Positions 32,790-43,730 of a DNA stretch of 64,000 nucleotides are shown here, one piece after another. The first letter of the stretch is position 1. Each line of letters opens with the position of its first letter. Origin of the DNA: an uncultured Planctomycetota bacterium (lineage in GTDB: Bacteria; Planctomycetota; Planctomycetia; Pirellulales; Lacipirellulaceae). The notes beneath the pieces are model-generated. The model searched no databases. It was not told where the DNA came from and worked only from the letters and a program-made list of their open reading frames with translations. Position numbers and translations under genes: made by a program. The stretch is from the NCBI GenBank assembly GCA_963719315.1, contig CAVRBU010000001.1, positions 448,001 to 512,000 on the forward strand. Direction: 5' to 3'.

Positions 32790-33644
32790 ATGACCGCCAA
32801 ACACTCACTGCGGGCGATCATCCTGGCCGACGGCTCTCGCGCCGAGCTCCGCAGCGCCGCGGAACGCTTGAGACCAACGATTGAACGCCATCTCACCGTC
32901 GTCGGCGAGTCGCTCGACTTTGCGTCGAAACTGAACGCGACCGATTTCGATTTGGCCGTAGTCCTCGGTGGCGACGGCTCGATCCTGCGGGCCGCCCATC
33001 AGCTTGGCTATCACCAGCGACCGGTGTTGGGTGTGAATCTGGGCCGACTCGGGTTCCTGGCCGCGCTCCAGCCGGAACAACTCGATCAAGCTCTGCCGGA
33101 GATCGCCGCTGGCGACCACCAGATCATCGAACTCCTGATGATCGAATGCACGACGACGCGAGCCGGTGAGCCGCTGTATCACGCGTTGTGCCTCAACGAA
33201 GTCTCGGTGCTAGCAGGCCCGCCGTTCGCAATAGTCGATATTCAGCTTTATGTTGACGGAGAATTGGTAACTACCTACAGTTGCGACGGCTTGATCGTCA
33301 GTACGCCGGTTGGCTCGACGGCCCACTGCCTGTCGGCTGGCGGACCCATCCTGCGAAACGACATTCAAGCCCTGGTGATCCTGCCGATCAGCCCGCACAC
33401 GCTTACCCATCGACCAGTCGTTGATTCGGCCGACCGCATTGTCGAACTCGTCGTGCCCGAACCCCACGAGGGCACGTCGCTTGTGGTGGACGGACGCGTG
33501 CTGGGGCGGCTAGAAGCCGGTGACCGCGTGCGGATCGTGCGTTCCGAGGCGCGGTTTCAAATGGTCGCCGTCCGCAGCCAGTCCTATTATCGCACGCTGC
33601 ACGACAAGCTCGGCTGGGGCGGGCAATTGAAGATAAACAAGTAA
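32790..33644 (+). CDS. nadK: NAD kinase
   Basis: LGGDGSIL, GVNLGRLGFL, NE, DGLIVSTPVGSTAHCLSAGGP. Confidence 0.96.
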   Translation: MTAKHSLRAIILADGSRAELRSAAERLRPTIERHLTVVGESLDFASKLNATDFDLAVVLGGDGSILRAAHQLGYHQRPVLGVNLGRLGFLAALQPEQLDQALPEIAAGDHQIIELLMIECTTTRAGEPLYHALCLNEVSVLAGPPFAIVDIQLYVDGELVTTYSCDGLIVSTPVGSTAHCLSAGGPILRNDIQALVILPISPHTLTHRPVVDSADRIVELVVPEPHEGTSLVVDGRVLGRLEAGDRVRIVRSEARFQMVAVRSQSYYRTLHDKLGWGGQLKINK

Positions 33645-33648
33645 GTCC

Positions 33649-33704
33649 ACGTGGTCGCGACTTTCCGAGACGCGAAACCGAGTCTCGGAGAGACTCGACC
33701 CCGT
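33649..33704. repeat. REP-like doublet
   Basis: GTGGTCGCGACTTTCCGAGACGCG ... CGAGTCTCGGAGAGACTCGACCCC. Confidence 0.6.
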
Positions 33705-33733
33705 GAACTTTTGCATTGCAAGGAAGCAATCTC

Positions 33734-34795
33734 ATGAAAACTCTTGGCGCATTTCGTGCCTTGCCCGTTTCGATGTTGGGCCTTCTGCTTGCGATATCGT
33801 TCGCAGCCGCCGCACCAGACCATGCCGACTCCAAAAAACGGAGCGTGCTGCCGATTGCCGAAGGACCGCCCAAACTCGATACGAACAAGTACGAGTTGCG
33901 CTACAAGCTTCATCGCGGCGATGTGCTGCGGTACGAGGTCTCTCACCGCGCATCCATTTGCAGCACGATCGACGAAACGACGCAAGGCGCTCAAACGAGA
34001 ACCGAATCGGTCAAGGCCTGGAAAATCACCGACGTCTTGCCGGAAGGCGACATCGAGTTCACAAACGTCGTCGAAAAAGTTCACATGGTGAACCAACTTC
34101 CAGAACATCATCCGACCGAGTACGACAGCACGCGCGACAAAACCCCCCCGCCCGGCTTTGAAGACGCGGCCAAGGCCGTAGGCGTGCCGCTGAGCGTGAT
34201 GCGGATCACTCCGCAAGGCAAAGTCGTTCGCCGCGATTTGAAGGTCCGCAATCAAGGCGCCGAAGACGATGCACCCATCGTGCTGCGACTGCCGGAGGAA
34301 AAAGTCGCGATCGGCGACACCTGGGACGAGCCATTTGATGTTCAAGTCAAATTGCCGAATCAAAGCAGCAAATCGATCAAAACCCGCCGGCATCACAAAC
34401 TAACCGACGTGAAAAACGGCATCGCCACGATCGCCGTGACCTACCAGGTCCTCTCGCCCATCGATGCCCCCATCGAGACGCAAATCGTTCAACGACTGAT
34501 GGAAGGCGAAGTGCGATTCGACATCGAGAAAGGTCGAGTTTCGAGCCAACAAATGAACGTCGACAAACGAATCATTGGCTTTGCTGGCCCCACGAGCAGC
34601 ATGCAATACGTAATGAAGATGGAAGAGAAGTTGCTCAAGAACGTCCAGAAATTGGCGGTGAAGCAGAAGACCGCAGCGACGGCGAACAATAATCGCCGGC
34701 CGAGTTCAAAGTCTTCCAAAGCGTCGAAACCGCCAACGCAAACGGCTAGCAAACCGCGAACAACGCAGCCGACGTTGAAGACGTATCGGCGATAA
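33734..34795 (+). CDS. Secreted hypothetical protein
   Basis: Signal peptide; YELRYKL, beta-rich body, Lys/Thr-rich tail. Confidence 0.75.
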   Translation: MKTLGAFRALPVSMLGLLLAISFAAAAPDHADSKKRSVLPIAEGPPKLDTNKYELRYKLHRGDVLRYEVSHRASICSTIDETTQGAQTRTESVKAWKITDVLPEGDIEFTNVVEKVHMVNQLPEHHPTEYDSTRDKTPPPGFEDAAKAVGVPLSVMRITPQGKVVRRDLKVRNQGAEDDAPIVLRLPEEKVAIGDTWDEPFDVQVKLPNQSSKSIKTRRHHKLTDVKNGIATIAVTYQVLSPIDAPIETQIVQRLMEGEVRFDIEKGRVSSQQMNVDKRIIGFAGPTSSMQYVMKMEEKLLKNVQKLAVKQKTAATANNNRRPSSKSSKASKPPTQTASKPRTTQPTLKTYRR

Positions 34796-34813
34796 TTTGT
34801 TGGGGCTGTCTCG

Positions 34814-34851
34814 CAAGGGATCGATAGTTTCTTGCGATCCCTTGGTTTTTT
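34814..34851 (+). terminator. Intrinsic terminator
   Basis: CAAGGGATCG...CGATCCCTTG followed by GTTTTTT. Confidence 0.7.
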
Positions 34852-34882
34852 CAGGTCTACTTGTGCTTGTGCCGGGATAACA

Positions 34883-36606
34883 TTACGAACCCATTCGTGG
34901 AAGGCGCAAACGGTAGAGTGTGATAATGCTCGCGATTATGAGTGGCAATGCCATCGGCTCCGGCACTGACGCAAGACTGCCTGTCCCGTAGGTATTGCCG
35001 AAGTTAGAACGCCATTCATTGTAGCCCCCAGGCGCTCCATCATTTTTGCGCCAAACAACATAGTCGGCACCATCGACGGTGCCGTCCCCGTTGAAATCAC
35101 CGGCATTGGACGCGGCATTCCCGAACCACCACGCCAATGCATAGTTCTGTGAACCTCCGATACCGTTTTCAAAATTGTTATGAACAACGAGTTTATACGA
35201 ACCTATGGGAACGTCAAAGAAAATGTGCTCTACATTGTCTTCGAGACTCATGGATTTTGTTAATGCAGCGCCGAGATCGTTAGAATTGGCCGGTAGCAAA
35301 TAAAGATCCAAATTGTTGAGGTTCATCTTCAGCGGTAGGATGGTGAATGTGTCGCCGTAATGGTACGTGTTGCCACCACTATGCTCGTTTTTTCGATCCC
35401 AGGTCAACGTCGCTGCGATGTATCCTCCGCTCTCAGAATTGAAAACATATTCGGTTTTGAATCCGCTCCCGCCTACCGTATCGAAGTCCCATCCCAGGAG
35501 TGGAACCGTTCCCGGATCGTATTCACCAGGCGTGAATTGTTGGACCGCTCGCTTTGCGTTAAGAAGGCCCGCGCCTAATTGATCATCAAGCGGAATATCG
35601 TCGCTCACAAAGGCTTCCGTTTGTCTCCAATTCAAGCCATTCTTGTCATACGCAGTTCGAGTTGAACCGTGTACGCCTGCAAGCTTGTCCGCGGAATTCA
35701 GCAATACTGCTTTCATAACCTCGTGATGCAGTGAGTTGTCCCCAAATTGGGGATTCGGCGGTACCGCATTCATTTGCTGCCCCGCGTATTGTTGTAACAA
35801 CGCCGCTGCTCCAGTCACATGAGGGGCAGCATAGCTTGTACCTTCCTCAAAAATCTCCTGGTCGCCTTGGTAACACTTTCACATTTTCGGCTGGTGCCAA
35901 AAAGGTCAATGCTTGTGCGATCTCCCGCTGCATCTCCCGTCGTTGAATTGCCCTCCCAAAACTTACTGTATGTCCCACCAAATCTCTCGGAACCGGCAAC
36001 CGTAATGCCGTTGTAATTGTCAGTCAACTTTCTGTACTGGTGGCCGCCATCGTTGCCCCATGCAACGACGTAAAGTACATCGTGGCGTCCGGCAGACCAG
36101 TCGATGAACTGTGTCATCTGTGAGTTTCCGTCCGGCGCAAAGAACTCCAGTGGAGGCGTAATGCTAAGATTTATTGCTTTTGGGTCGGCGCTCAGCGTAG
36201 CCAGCCTGTTGAGGGTGATTGCGACGTTGTAATCGTCTTCGATGTCGATGATCGCGAGCGAATGCAAACTTGCGCCAGGAGCGACGCCAACACACGTGGC
36301 ACAAGGAATATTCTGTCCAATCATCACGCCAGCAACTTCTGTCGCGTGAGAATCGGCAGCCGTGTCCGCAAACACCTGCGATGAAGTCTGGTAGTACACT
36401 GCCTCTGGTATCGTATTCGATGCGTAAAATGGCGCGGTATCGAATCCCGGCTTTCCCGAACGACCAAGTTCGCCTTGCCCAATCACAACGCCACTCCCGT
36501 CGAGTCCCGTACTAGCCGAATCAATTCCGTTTGGCCCGATTGTATCGGACGAACCCCACACTGTGTTTGTGGACAGCACTAACACCAACACCCCGCAAGT
36601 TTTCAT
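34883..36606 (-). CDS. S8 subtilase with dockerin/EF-hand-like motif and PEP-CTERM; frameshifted around 35860-35905
   Basis: HATEVAGV (His), VAWGN (oxyanion Asn); IDLLAP and GTSYAAPHVTGAA (Ser) recovered across the shifts; GDFNGDGTVDGADYVVWR; VPEP + TM + basic tail. Confidence 0.88.
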
Positions 36607-37205
36607 GGTTTCACCTCAAACAAAAACGAATCCGGAATGATCCGCAACGGCTCGGGTATAGAGGGTGTCGCTTCGCCTCGCTCATCAATCGGAGAAACCT
36701 CTTGAATCCTCACTTCAATGAGCCCTTTAGGCGGGTGTTTTAAAGGGATCAGAGCAAAATGGCTCGTCATTTCCGCCGTCGAGTGCATGACGAACCTATA
36801 CTGAACCTTGATTACGTTCTCGGATTGTTCGACTGAAACAATTCGCACGTACCGCCCGCACATGTACGAGTAGAACACCACCGAAAGATCTGTGTCGATC
36901 GGCATGACGTCGGCGGCCTTCTTCTTTTTTGCCAATACGGCGTATGCGTTCTTTAGCGCCTCTTTTCCAACACCTCTCACGACAAACGCGGCACCAGCCT
37001 TTTGTCCCTCTTCAGGTCGGTGAGCAAGTATTCTCGTAATCTCATTGATGATTGGATGTTGCGTGATTTCCGTCGGAGTCTTCACCGCATCTAGCTTTCC
37101 TACGTCAAGAGTGCCTGGCATGCGCCATGCCCAGATTTCATTAAGCGGAATCGTCTGCGCCTCATCGACCGCAAACAACAAAACAAGAGCAGAGATTGTC
37201 ACCAT
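36603..37205 (-). CDS. Secreted hypothetical protein, coupled to the subtilase
   Basis: Short hydrophobic N-terminus; ATGA overlap with the S8 start. Confidence 0.7.
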   Translation of the reverse strand: MVTISALVLLFAVDEAQTIPLNEIWAWRMPGTLDVGKLDAVKTPTEITQHPIINEITRILAHRPEEGQKAGAAFVVRGVGKEALKNAYAVLAKKKKAADVMPIDTDLSVVFYSYMCGRYVRIVSVEQSENVIKVQYRFVMHSTAEMTSHFALIPLKHPPKGLIEVRIQEVSPIDERGEATPSIPEPLRIIPDSFLFEVKP

Positions 37206-37312
37206 CGATTCACCTTTGTGCGTTCATTATATGGTCTACGTTGAACATCCAAAGCTTATTCCGCAACTGTTCTTGATAGCGAAACCGCCAGTCGCCAACT
37301 AAGCATTTACTA

Positions 37313-38490
37313 TACCCTGCGTGGGGATAAATGATCTGTTCCCGAGTAGCTGATTTGTTGTACAAGGCCCTTATGTCGCCATCGAGGAGGATGGCGTGTT
37401 GCTGGCAAGGAGGGCTGTCATGGCTTGGTTTCGAGTCCGATTGACGGAAGAGGAACAGCGAATTGTCGCGGCCGAGCGGGAGTCTCATCCGGAGTCGCAT
37501 GTCCGCCGCAAGATGCTGGTGTTGTGGTCGCTGCAGTGTGGTTTGAAGCGATCCCAGGCGGCGAAATTGGCGGGGGTCGGAGTGGCGACCGTCGGGCGGT
37601 ACGTTGCGGCCTATCGTGATGGCGGGTTGGAGGGTCTGCGGCGGTGGAATGTGCAAGGGCCCGTGAGCGACTTGGCCGCCTATCGCGACGTGATCCGCGC
37701 GTCGTTCGAGAACCAGCCGGTCCGCACGACCGCGGAAGCCTGCGAACGCATTTACCAACTGACCGGCCTGCGGCGGGGACTGTCGCAAACTCGCAAGTTC
37801 CTGAAAGACATGGGACTCAAGTGGCAGCGGGTCCGGGCGCTCCCCGTGCCGCCCAAAAAAACTTGGCCCAGCATGTCGCCGAGCAGGCCCTGTTTCACGA
37901 CGTCGAACTGAAGCCCCGCCTCGACGCCGCCGCCCGAGGGCGGGGACACGTCTTCTTCGTCGATGCGGCCCACTTTGTGTACGGGACGTTCCTGTGCTGC
38001 TTGTGGTCGTTCACGCGAATCTTCGTGCGGGCCGCCTCGGGCCGCCAGCGGTTCAATGTCCTGGGAGCCTGGAACGCCGTGACCCGCGAACTGGTAAGCG
38101 TGACCAACACCACGGTCGTCAACACGGAAACGATGTGCGAGCTGTTGCGGAAGATCGCTGCCCTCGGTCTGGCCGGACCGATCACGTTGGTGCTGGACAA
38201 CCCTCGCTACCAACGTAACGCCGCGGTGCAAGCGTTGGCGACGCAACTGGAAATCACGCTGCTGTTCCTGCCCTCCTACTCGCCGAACCTGAACCTCATC
38301 GAACGGCTTTGGAAGTTCATCAAGCGGCGGGCCATCTATGGGCGTTACCATCCCGGATTTCAAGAGTTTCAAGCCGCCATCCAAGAAACAATCGCCGACC
38401 TCGCAACCCGCCACGCCGAACCCCTCAAATCCCTCATGACGCTCAACTTTCAGCGATTCGAAGATGTCTCATTGCTGGCCGCGTAGGGTA
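37313..38490 (+). mobile_element. IS630-family insertion sequence
   Basis: Ends (TA)TACCCTGCGTGG and CCGCGTAGGGTA(TA); flanking TA duplication. Confidence 0.92.
37420..38486 (+). CDS. IS630 transposase (HTH ORF + DDE ORF joined by a -1 shift at CCCAAAAAAAC, ~37855)
   Basis: FFVDAAHF, LVLDNPRYQ, LPSYSPNLNLIERLWK; second ORF is in the -1 frame. Confidence 0.92.
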
Positions 38491-38721
38491 TATTCCCTTG
38501 AAGCAATACGATATGGCGAACGTCGGCCAGCATTTAGGCACGATAAAACGTTTATTGGCTTGACGCGACATCGGGACATAGTGGGACAAAACTGCGGCGT
38601 AAGCAAGCAATCCGAAAAGCTGGCGTCGAAGTCGTATTGTCGGTATCTACGTAGTGTCCTGTGTACTACTGCTCGCGGCGGAATAAGGGGCGTTGCTGGC
38701 CGGAAAATGATACTTCTTGCT

Positions 38722-40251
38722 GGGTGGGCGTCTTTTTTGTTGGTGGTATTAGACGGCAGTCTGATACCAGAAGCCTTCCCACTGTCCGGGCTGGCCGAGG
38801 AACAGGGCGCGGAGGTGGCAGACGCTGTCGCTGCCGGGCTCTCGCCAGCGCATCCCGCTGCCTTTGAGCCGTCCTCCCACGACCAGCTTGCACGCGGCTT
38901 CCACCGGACCGGAGCCGATCATCCAACCGCGGGTCAAGTACGTGGGATAGTCCATGCGATGGACGTTGTTCCGCACGTATTGTGCTTGTTGTCGGTAGCA
39001 CTCCCGCTGGGCCTCGTTCCAGTCGCTCTGATCGAGCGATTCCCAACTGGCCACGAGCGCTGCTCCTCCTTCGTGCTTGAGCTTGTGACACCAGTCACGT
39101 TGTCGTTTGGCAAAGGCGCCGTCATCGCCCGGGTGAAGCGCACGAGCCAATTCGGCCACGTGCTCACTGGCATGGTAAAAGTCGAGGATCCGCACCGCCA
39201 GCGGCGCGTTCTTCTCGATGAAACGCTCCAAGCAAGGAGCGCCGTCGGTCAGCGCGATCTGTTGCTCGGCGTGGTCCCAGCCGACCTGCGCGGCCTGCCG
39301 GCGCCATTGCAGCCCCAAATCGTCTAAATCATGAAAACCGGCCAAATACCGCACTTGGTGTGGATCTTGGGCTGGTTGTTCCTCGAACGGCGAACGCGCA
39401 TTGAAGACCATCGCCACCGCGGCCATCCGCGACTCCGCCGGGCCACCGCCGATGGCCTGCTGCGGCACCCCCGTGTGATCGACGGCCAGGTAGGCGCAGC
39501 GCCGACCCTCGGCATCCCGTTGCCAAAGCCAGTCTTCCTGGGGGCCAAACGTTTGCTTGGCCGCGAGTTTCGCTCCCAAGCGTTGGCCCGCTTCTTCCGT
39601 GACGCGCAGCACGGTCGACTCCGCCAACCGAATGCCACTCATGCGGACCAAGGCTCGTTCGGCCGCCAAGCCAAAGCTGCTCAGCGTGCCGGCCAGCGAC
39701 GCCAGTTCCTCCGCGCCGGGCGTGACGTGCCGCGGGGTGAGGCCCAGCCGCTCGTCCCAGGGCTGCTGGCTCGCGCCGCACTGGCAGCAGTAGTAATAGG
39801 TCCGCGTCAAACGGATGTCTCCCAGCAGGCTGACCAATCCTTTCGTTCGCCAGTCGATGAACTTCGCGCTGCCGCCGCAGGAGCAGGCTAAGCTAGCTCC
39901 CTGATAAGCGCCCCTTTTTTACACACTCGTTGGTGGCGGTCTCCAGCACGTTCGCTCCCAAATCGAACAACATGTCCCGCAACTCGAACTCGCCGCGGCC
40001 CAACAACTCCTCGGGCTTCTTCGCCGCCATCATCCGCGCCATGTTCTTCAACTGCTGTTCGGCCTGGCCCTTGAGCGACTCGTAAATCCGCTCCGCCGCC
40101 GCTTCCTCTTCCGCTGTCAGGTCCAGTTCCAACGCCTTGATCTGCTTGGCCATCGCTCTGCTCTCCGGTCTTCGAGTTCGAGAATTACCCCCCAATTGTC
40201 ACAGACCCTTCAGCAGAGCAGATTTCCCACCAACAATCGAGACGCCTACCC
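38722..40251 (-). mobile_element. ISKra4-type insertion sequence
   Basis: 25-bp IRs GGGTGGGCGTCTTTTTTGTTGGTGG / GGGTAGGCGTCTCGATTGTTGGTGG; 9-bp direct repeat CTTCTTGCT at 38713-38721 and 40252-40260. Confidence 0.9.
38749..40153 (-). CDS. ISKra4-type transposase in two ORFs joined near AAAAAAGGGG (~39915)
   Basis: RTYYYCCQC, TDGA, LDFYHASEH, RMDYP...IGSGPVEAACK, RLKGSGMRW. Confidence 0.88.
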
Positions 40252-40350
40252 CTTCTTGCTTCCCATCATCTCGAATGATTGACGGCGAGCAGTGCGTTGT
40301 GCGTCGGCGGCGTGGGAACGATGGGCCGCAAGTAGTGGCACACGAATGTG

Positions 40351-41862
40351 TTATTCTGCCTTGCCTTCGACTTCGTGCACCAGCAGGATGTCGTGGACGC
40401 CACTGGTCAATTCCTTGCGGTTGGGGCCGGCTGCCAGGTGCGAGCCGCCGACGATCACGATTCGATCGCCTTTGGTCGCGTAACCTTCGCGGCACGACCA
40501 CCCGTCCGCATGTTTGATGAGATCCTGCATATCGGTGGCCGGAGCGCCGCGCAATGGCGTTACGCCCCAATACAAACACATCTGGCGAAGCGTCGCCTCG
40601 CTCGTGCTGATGCCCAGCGTGGGGATATAGCTGCGATGCTGCGAAAGGGCGAGCGCAGTGCGCCCCGAATGGCTGGCCACGAAGACCAACTTCGCATCGA
40701 GGTCGTGCGCCATCCTGCCGGCCGCTCGAACCACCGCTCGCGTGATGTCGCGAAGCGACGAAAAACCATCGGTGATTCGCGGTGGGCGACGTTGAAACGT
40801 CGATTCGGTTGCCAGCGCGATGCGATTCATCATCTCGGCGGCTTCCAGCGGAAAATGACCAACCGCCGTCTCGCCAGAAAGCATGCAAGCGTCGGCCCCA
40901 TCGAGAATCGCGTTGGCCACGTCGGTCGCTTCGGCGCGGGTGGGCCGCGGCGACTCCTGCATACTATCGAGCATTTGCGTGGCAATGATTGCCGGCCGCT
41001 GAAAGCGGTGGCACATGGCGATGATCCGCTTCTGCTCGATCGGCATTTCAGCCACGTCGATTTCGACGCCCAGATCACCGCGAGCGACCATGACGGCATC
41101 GGCCGCCACGATAACTTCTTCCAACTGTGCGAGCGCTTCGCGTTTTTCAATTTTCGCGACCACACGAGCCGTGGCGCCGTTGGACCGCAGAAGCTCCTTG
41201 AGCATCAACACATCTTCCGGCCGGCGCACGAATGAGAGGCCGACGAAGTCGATTCCGGCTTTCGCGGCCCAGATTGCGTGCTCGCGATCGCTCGTGCTCA
41301 TTGCCGGCGCGCTAAGCTTCACCCCGGGCAGATTAATACCCTGCCGGCTGCGGATCGAACCGCGCTGAACGACGCGTGCCCTAGCCCGGCCCGGCTGCTT
41401 TTCGACGACCTGCATGCAGACCGTGCCGTCCGCTAACATCACGCGATTGCCTATTTGCAACTCCTCCACCAGCGGCGGATAGGTGGAGGTCAGTTCGTTC
41501 GGCGATGTGCTATGTTCAGCGGAAATGAAAATGAATTCCGCCCCGACGTTGCAGAAGATGCGGTCTTCGGCCAAATCGCCGAGCCGGATTTTTGGTCCCG
41601 CAAGGTCCGCCAGGATCGCGATCGGTTTGTTGATTTCCTCGCTCAGAGCGCGAATATTATCGACGTGCTGTTGCTGAGCGTCCGGTTCGGCGTGCGCCAT
41701 GTTCAGCCGAAACACGTCCACGCCCGCAGCGATTAACGCAGCCAGTTGCTCCTTTTCGGCGCAGGCGGGGCCAATCGTTGCCACGATTTTGGTCCGCGCC
41801 CGATTGCGCGTGTCGGGAGAAGTTGCCGACGAGCCGGGCGTGAGCCGCAAATGTGTTTTCAT
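40351..41862 (-). CDS. pyk: Pyruvate kinase
   Basis: RTKIVATIGPA, FRLNMAH, DLAGPKIR, AKIEK, MVARGDLGVE, ATQMLDSM, MLSGETA. Confidence 0.97.
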   Translation of the reverse strand: MKTHLRLTPGSSATSPDTRNRARTKIVATIGPACAEKEQLAALIAAGVDVFRLNMAHAEPDAQQQHVDNIRALSEEINKPIAILADLAGPKIRLGDLAEDRIFCNVGAEFIFISAEHSTSPNELTSTYPPLVEELQIGNRVMLADGTVCMQVVEKQPGRARARVVQRGSIRSRQGINLPGVKLSAPAMSTSDREHAIWAAKAGIDFVGLSFVRRPEDVLMLKELLRSNGATARVVAKIEKREALAQLEEVIVAADAVMVARGDLGVEIDVAEMPIEQKRIIAMCHRFQRPAIIATQMLDSMQESPRPTRAEATDVANAILDGADACMLSGETAVGHFPLEAAEMMNRIALATESTFQRRPPRITDGFSSLRDITRAVVRAAGRMAHDLDAKLVFVASHSGRTALALSQHRSYIPTLGISTSEATLRQMCLYWGVTPLRGAPATDMQDLIKHADGWSCREGYATKGDRIVIVGGSHLAAGPNRKELTSGVHDILLVHEVEGKAE

Positions 41863-42037
41863 GGGGAGCGATTTCGTATGGATTGCAGAAGGAAAAACGC
41901 TCTGAACATCCACCCGAAGAGCGTCGCTATTGTGGCGTTTCCCGCGAAGTAGGGGAATAGTAGCTGGAGTTGACTTGATTCGGCCCGTGCCTATCCACCA
42001 TACTTCGGGCGACGGTTCAGTCCCTTCGAGATATGAT

Positions 42038-42619
42038 ATGCCACAGCACAATGACGATTCTGACTTGCAGCGTTCACCGGCGACCCATTCGGGCATGGCG
42101 GAGTCAGCACCCAACGGCGAGTATCGCATTTCGGGGCGAATGATCGCGTTTGTAGCGGCATCGGTGGCGCTCATGCTCGCGGGCATCGTGTTGGCGTTGC
42201 AATACTTCGTCGTCGATCGCCTTCCGGAACTCACGGAAGCGAGACTTGAAGAAGCGATGAAGCGCTGGGAAGTGCATGCGCCGGCGAATTACGACATGGA
42301 CCTCGAGCTGGCAGGCGCCCAGCCGGGGTTCGTTCACGTCGAAGTGCGCGACCACAAAGTAATCGCTGAGACTCGCGATGGCCGCGACCCTGGCTATACA
42401 AGATGGGATGTTTGGTCCGTGCCCGGACTGTTCGACACACTGGACCGCGACATCCAGATTGCGAGCAATCCCGTGGAAGAAATCCAGGCCGCTCCGGGAA
42501 CGGTTTGGCGACTTCGGTGCGAGTTCGATCCGAAGTTTGGATATCCGGCCAGATATCATCGGATGGTGAATTCCGGCCCGGAAGTTTTTTGGCGCGTCAC
42601 CATATTTTTACCCAAATGA
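42038..42619 (+). CDS. Membrane-anchored hypothetical protein
   Basis: Single TM (FVAASVALMLAGIVLAL); EFDPKFGYP motif; start uncertain. Confidence 0.65.
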   Translation: MPQHNDDSDLQRSPATHSGMAESAPNGEYRISGRMIAFVAASVALMLAGIVLALQYFVVDRLPELTEARLEEAMKRWEVHAPANYDMDLELAGAQPGFVHVEVRDHKVIAETRDGRDPGYTRWDVWSVPGLFDTLDRDIQIASNPVEEIQAAPGTVWRLRCEFDPKFGYPARYHRMVNSGPEVFWRVTIFLPK

Positions 42620-42654
42620 TTATTTGACACGACGGCACGACGCGGACGACGAGT

Positions 42655-42792
42655 CTAGTGGTCTGTCAAGAATGAAATGATGGGTGGCATGCCTTCGCCG
42701 CTGCGGCGTAGGCATGATTTCGCCCGGGTCATGCTCACCCGCCGCGGCGGGAGAGCATGCCACCCTTTTATTGAACGTGAACAGGCCACTAG
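42655..42792. mobile_element. Candidate MITE with an internal REP-like doublet
   Basis: Ends CTAGTGGTCTGT and ACAGGCCACTAG; inner GGGTGGCATGC...GCATGCCACCC (42682..42765). Confidence 0.55.
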
Positions 42793-42894
42793 AGTCCTTC
42801 AAGAACGTCAACAGTCTTGAAACGCAAGGGCTTTGTGCCGGACGTCGTGTCCTTAGTGCCGTTGTGGTTCATCCAGCATTTCGTGATAGGTGCG

Positions 42895-43719
42895 ATGGCA
42901 GCGAATTACTGGCGCGGTAAGCGGGCTGTGGTGACGGGCGGTTCTGCCGGTTTGGGCCGCGCGGTTGCGACGACGTTAGTCGAACGCGGTGCGAAGGTAG
43001 CGATCGTCGCCCGCGGGCAGGCAGCGCTCGATGAAACCGAACTTCAATTGAAGTCGCTCGGTGGCGATGTGCTGGCAGTGGTAGCCGATTTGACGAAACA
43101 GGAGGACGTCGACCGACTGGCCGCCGCCGTTCAGCACGCCTGGGGCGGTCTGGATTTGCTGTGTCATTGTGCGGGCCGCTCGATGCGCGGCACGATTCTC
43201 GGCACTTCCACCGAGGATTTCCGCGCACTCTGGGAGACGAACTTTCTCTCGGCTGTGCGCTGTGTACAAGCGTTCGCTGAATCGCTCGCTGAAAACCAGG
43301 GCCATGTGGTGCTCATCGGTTCGCTGGCAAGCAAGGTCGCCGCCGGATACCTGGGCGCATATCCCGCGAGCAAGTTTCCGCTGGCAGCACTGGCGCAACA
43401 GCTGCGAATCGAAATGGGAGAACGCGGCCTGCATACGCTTCTGGTTTGCCCCGGTCCCATCACGCGCGACGATACGCCGACTTCCGGCGCAAGGTACGCC
43501 GACCAAAGCTCCGAAGTTCCAGCCGCGGCACACCAACCGGGCGGCGGCGCCAAGGTGCGGCACATCGATCCCTACCAACTGGCGGAAAGAATCCTGCGTG
43601 CCTGCGAAAAACGCCAGGCCGAGCTCGTCGTCCCCTGGTCGCCCCGATTCTTGTTCGTGGCGGCGCAATTCTCGCCGCGCTTCGGCGATTGGCTGCTACG
43701 AAGAACGACGTTGGGGTGA
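42895..43719 (+). CDS. Short-chain dehydrogenase/reductase
   Basis: TGGSAGLG; catalytic S...YPASK. Confidence 0.92.
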   Translation: MAANYWRGKRAVVTGGSAGLGRAVATTLVERGAKVAIVARGQAALDETELQLKSLGGDVLAVVADLTKQEDVDRLAAAVQHAWGGLDLLCHCAGRSMRGTILGTSTEDFRALWETNFLSAVRCVQAFAESLAENQGHVVLIGSLASKVAAGYLGAYPASKFPLAALAQQLRIEMGERGLHTLLVCPGPITRDDTPTSGARYADQSSEVPAAAHQPGGGAKVRHIDPYQLAERILRACEKRQAELVVPWSPRFLFVAAQFSPRFGDWLLRRTTLG

Positions 43720-43730
43720 TGGGTGAGCAC

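Noticed and set aside
38464..39327. 287-aa plus-strand ORF and similar long antisense ORFs (e.g. 17804..19024, 40348..41235)
   Set aside because: Shadow ORFs opposite well-supported genes in high-GC DNA; no recognisable motifs
41863..42234. 124-aa N-terminal extension of pyk from the ORF track
   Set aside because: Overlaps the divergent gene and promoter region; pyruvate kinase homology starts after ATG 41862
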